64,000 nt of DNA, taken from the NCBI RefSeq assembly GCF_963921235.1, contig NC_086097.1:126234001-126298000 (forward strand), written 5' to 3'. Numbering within the stretch: the first letter of the stretch is position 1; each line of letters starts with the position of its first letter. The stretch is from Mobula hypostoma (taxonomy: Eukaryota). Position numbers and translations under genes: made by a program. Below the pieces are notes generated by a model. The model did no database searches and was not told the origin of the DNA. It saw only the letters and a program-made list of their open reading frames with translations. Below are positions 62,129-64,000 of this stretch, piece after piece.

Positions 62129-62649
62129 ACCTCATTCTATTCCTATATTCACTGTCAAGTGGTAGTAATTAGTACCTTTGAGGCCCTGCTTTTCAACTTC
62201 TTTCCTAACTGTAGTCTGTTTTCAGGACCTCCTCCCTTTTCCTACCTATGTCAATGGTACCAATATGTACCACGACCTCTGGCAATTCTCCTTCCCACTT
62301 CAAGATAATGTAGATGCGATCAGAATCATCCCGGACCCTGGCACCTGGGAGGCAAACTACCATCCGTGTTTCTTTCCTGCGTCCACAGAATCACCTGTCT
62401 GACCCCCTAACTATAGAGTCCCCTATCACTGCTGCCATCCTCTTCCTTTCCCTACCCTTCTGAGCCACAGAGTCAGACTCTGTGCCAGAGGTGCAATCAC
62501 TGTTGCTTCCCCCAGGTAGGCTGTTTCCCCCCCTGCCCCCCAACAGTACTCAAGCAGGAATACTTATTGTTAAGGGGGACAGCCACTGGGATACTCTCTA
62601 GTACCTGCTTCTTGCCCTTCGCTCTCCTGAGGAGGACCACAGACATGAT

Positions 62650-63545
62650 TAAGGCTCAGGAGATGGAGAGTCTGCAGAGAGACTTGGATAGATTGGAAGA
62701 ATGGGCAAAGAAGTGGCAAATGAAGTACAATGTTGGAAAGTGTATGGTTATGCACTTTGGCAGATGTAATAAACGGACAGACTATTATTTAAATGGAGAA
62801 AGAATTCAAAGTTCTGAGATGCAATGGGACTTGGGAGTCCTTGTACAGGATACCCTTAAGGTTAACCTCCAGGTTGAGTCGGTAGTGAAGAAGGCGAATA
62901 CAATATTGGCATTCATTTCTAGAGGAATAGAGTATAGGAGCAGGGATGTGATGTTGAGGCTCTATAAGGCGCTGGTGAGACCTCACTTGGAGTACTATGG
63001 GCAGTTTTGGTCTCCTTATTGAAGAAAGGATGTGCTGATGTTGGAAAGGGTACAGAGAAGATTCACTAGAATGATTCCGGGAATGAGAGGGTTAACATAT
63101 GAGGAAAGTTTGTCCGCTCTTGGACTGTATTCCTTGGAGTTTTGAAGAATGAGGGGAGACCTTATAGAAACATTTCGAATGTTGAAAGGCATGGACAGAG
63201 TGGATGTGGCAAAGTTGTTTCCCATGATGGGGGAGTCTAGTACGAGAGGGCATGATTTAAGGATTGAAGGGCGTCCATTCAGAACAGAAATGCGAAGCAA
63301 TTTTTTAGCCAGAGGGTGGTGAATCAATGGAATGTTATGCTACGGGCAGCAGTGGAGGCCAAGTCATTGGGTGTATTTAAGGCAGAGATTGATAGGTATC
63401 TGAGTAGCTAGGGCATCAAAGGTTATGGTGAAAAGGTGGGGGAGTGGGACTAAATGGGAGAATGGATCAGCTCATGATAAAATGGCGGAGCAGACTCGAT
63501 GTGCCGAATGGCCAACTTCTGCTCCTTTGTCTTATGGTCTTATGA
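62650..63545 (+). mobile_element. CR1 LINE 3' end
   Basis: LQRDLDRLEEWAKKWQM..LYKALVRPHLEY; (TCTTATGG)n tail. Confidence 0.88.
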
Positions 63546-64000
63546 TTCCATAATTTTACTGAGACCATCTAATTGCATTAATCATAGTTATCCTGTTGCA
63601 TAACGTCATAACTACACAAGAAATGAAGAGAATTTTTTGCCTCGGAAAAATATTAAACAATAAGAGTGACTTTTAAACATCTGATACTTAGAATTAAACA
63701 GAGACGTAACAGTCCTCCAGCAACATTCAAGGCTCTGGAGAAACTCAAAGGCTACGAAGAGAAATGGACAGTCGATGTTTTTCGTCGCGGTCCTTCATAT
63801 GCCCTCTTTCTCCAAAACGGTTCTTAGGTGCTGTCTGACCCGCTGACCTCCTCCAGTGGTTTGAGTGTTCCGGCGGTTTTCGTGCATCTGCAGTCTCTTA
63901 TGCCTTTGAAAGTCTCCATTTTCCTTTCTCACTTTAAACTTATCTGGTTCATTGAATTAAAAATTATACATTAAAAAGTAATTTAAAGTGTGTTGGGGGT

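Larger units (their letters stand above)
57867..62628 (-). mobile_element. CR1 LINE (ORF1 SGNH esterase, APE, RT) with two nested insertions
   Basis: ORFs 61453..61692 (LYKKDGLHLN), 60744..61166 (YRPPNS, GDFNFPNIDW), 58904..59242, 58359..58784 (KFADDT) and 57988..58302; (TTCTATGT)n tail. Confidence 0.9.

Noticed and set aside
40270..64000. A second host gene downstream of ATP6V1C1
   Set aside because: I found no recognisable non-TE exon by eye, although small exons could have been missed.

Overview
Repeat-dense vertebrate genomic DNA. The repeat families (Penelope-like/GIY-YIG, CR1, Rex/Babar, Tx1, tRNA-derived SINEs) suggest a cartilaginous fish such as a ray; that is inference. The only host gene seen is the 3' half of ATP6V1C1 (V-ATPase subunit C1): six + strand coding exons (9150-33159) with canonical GT-AG sites, consistent phases, a stop codon and poly(A) signals. 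The rest is mostly nested mobile-element debris: Penelope-like elements (PLEs), CR1, Rex/Babar, L1, L2, a young but disrupted Tx1 LINE, a Gypsy provirus remnant, a solo LTR, a Buster-type hAT remnant, MITEs and SINEs. The most interesting signals are RNA-level. (i) A ~250-bp RTE-type short element is headed by a twister-ribozyme-like motif, and its 5' end coincides with the predicted self-cleavage site (22143/22144, - strand). (ii) PLE ends carry about ten minimal hammerhead motifs; the intact ones are antisense to the host gene and the sense ones are core-mutated. (iii) TSD-flanked fold-back PLE insertions range from ~150 bp to 1.7 kb. All calls were made by eye without database searches, and repeat boundaries are approximate unless a TSD is quoted.
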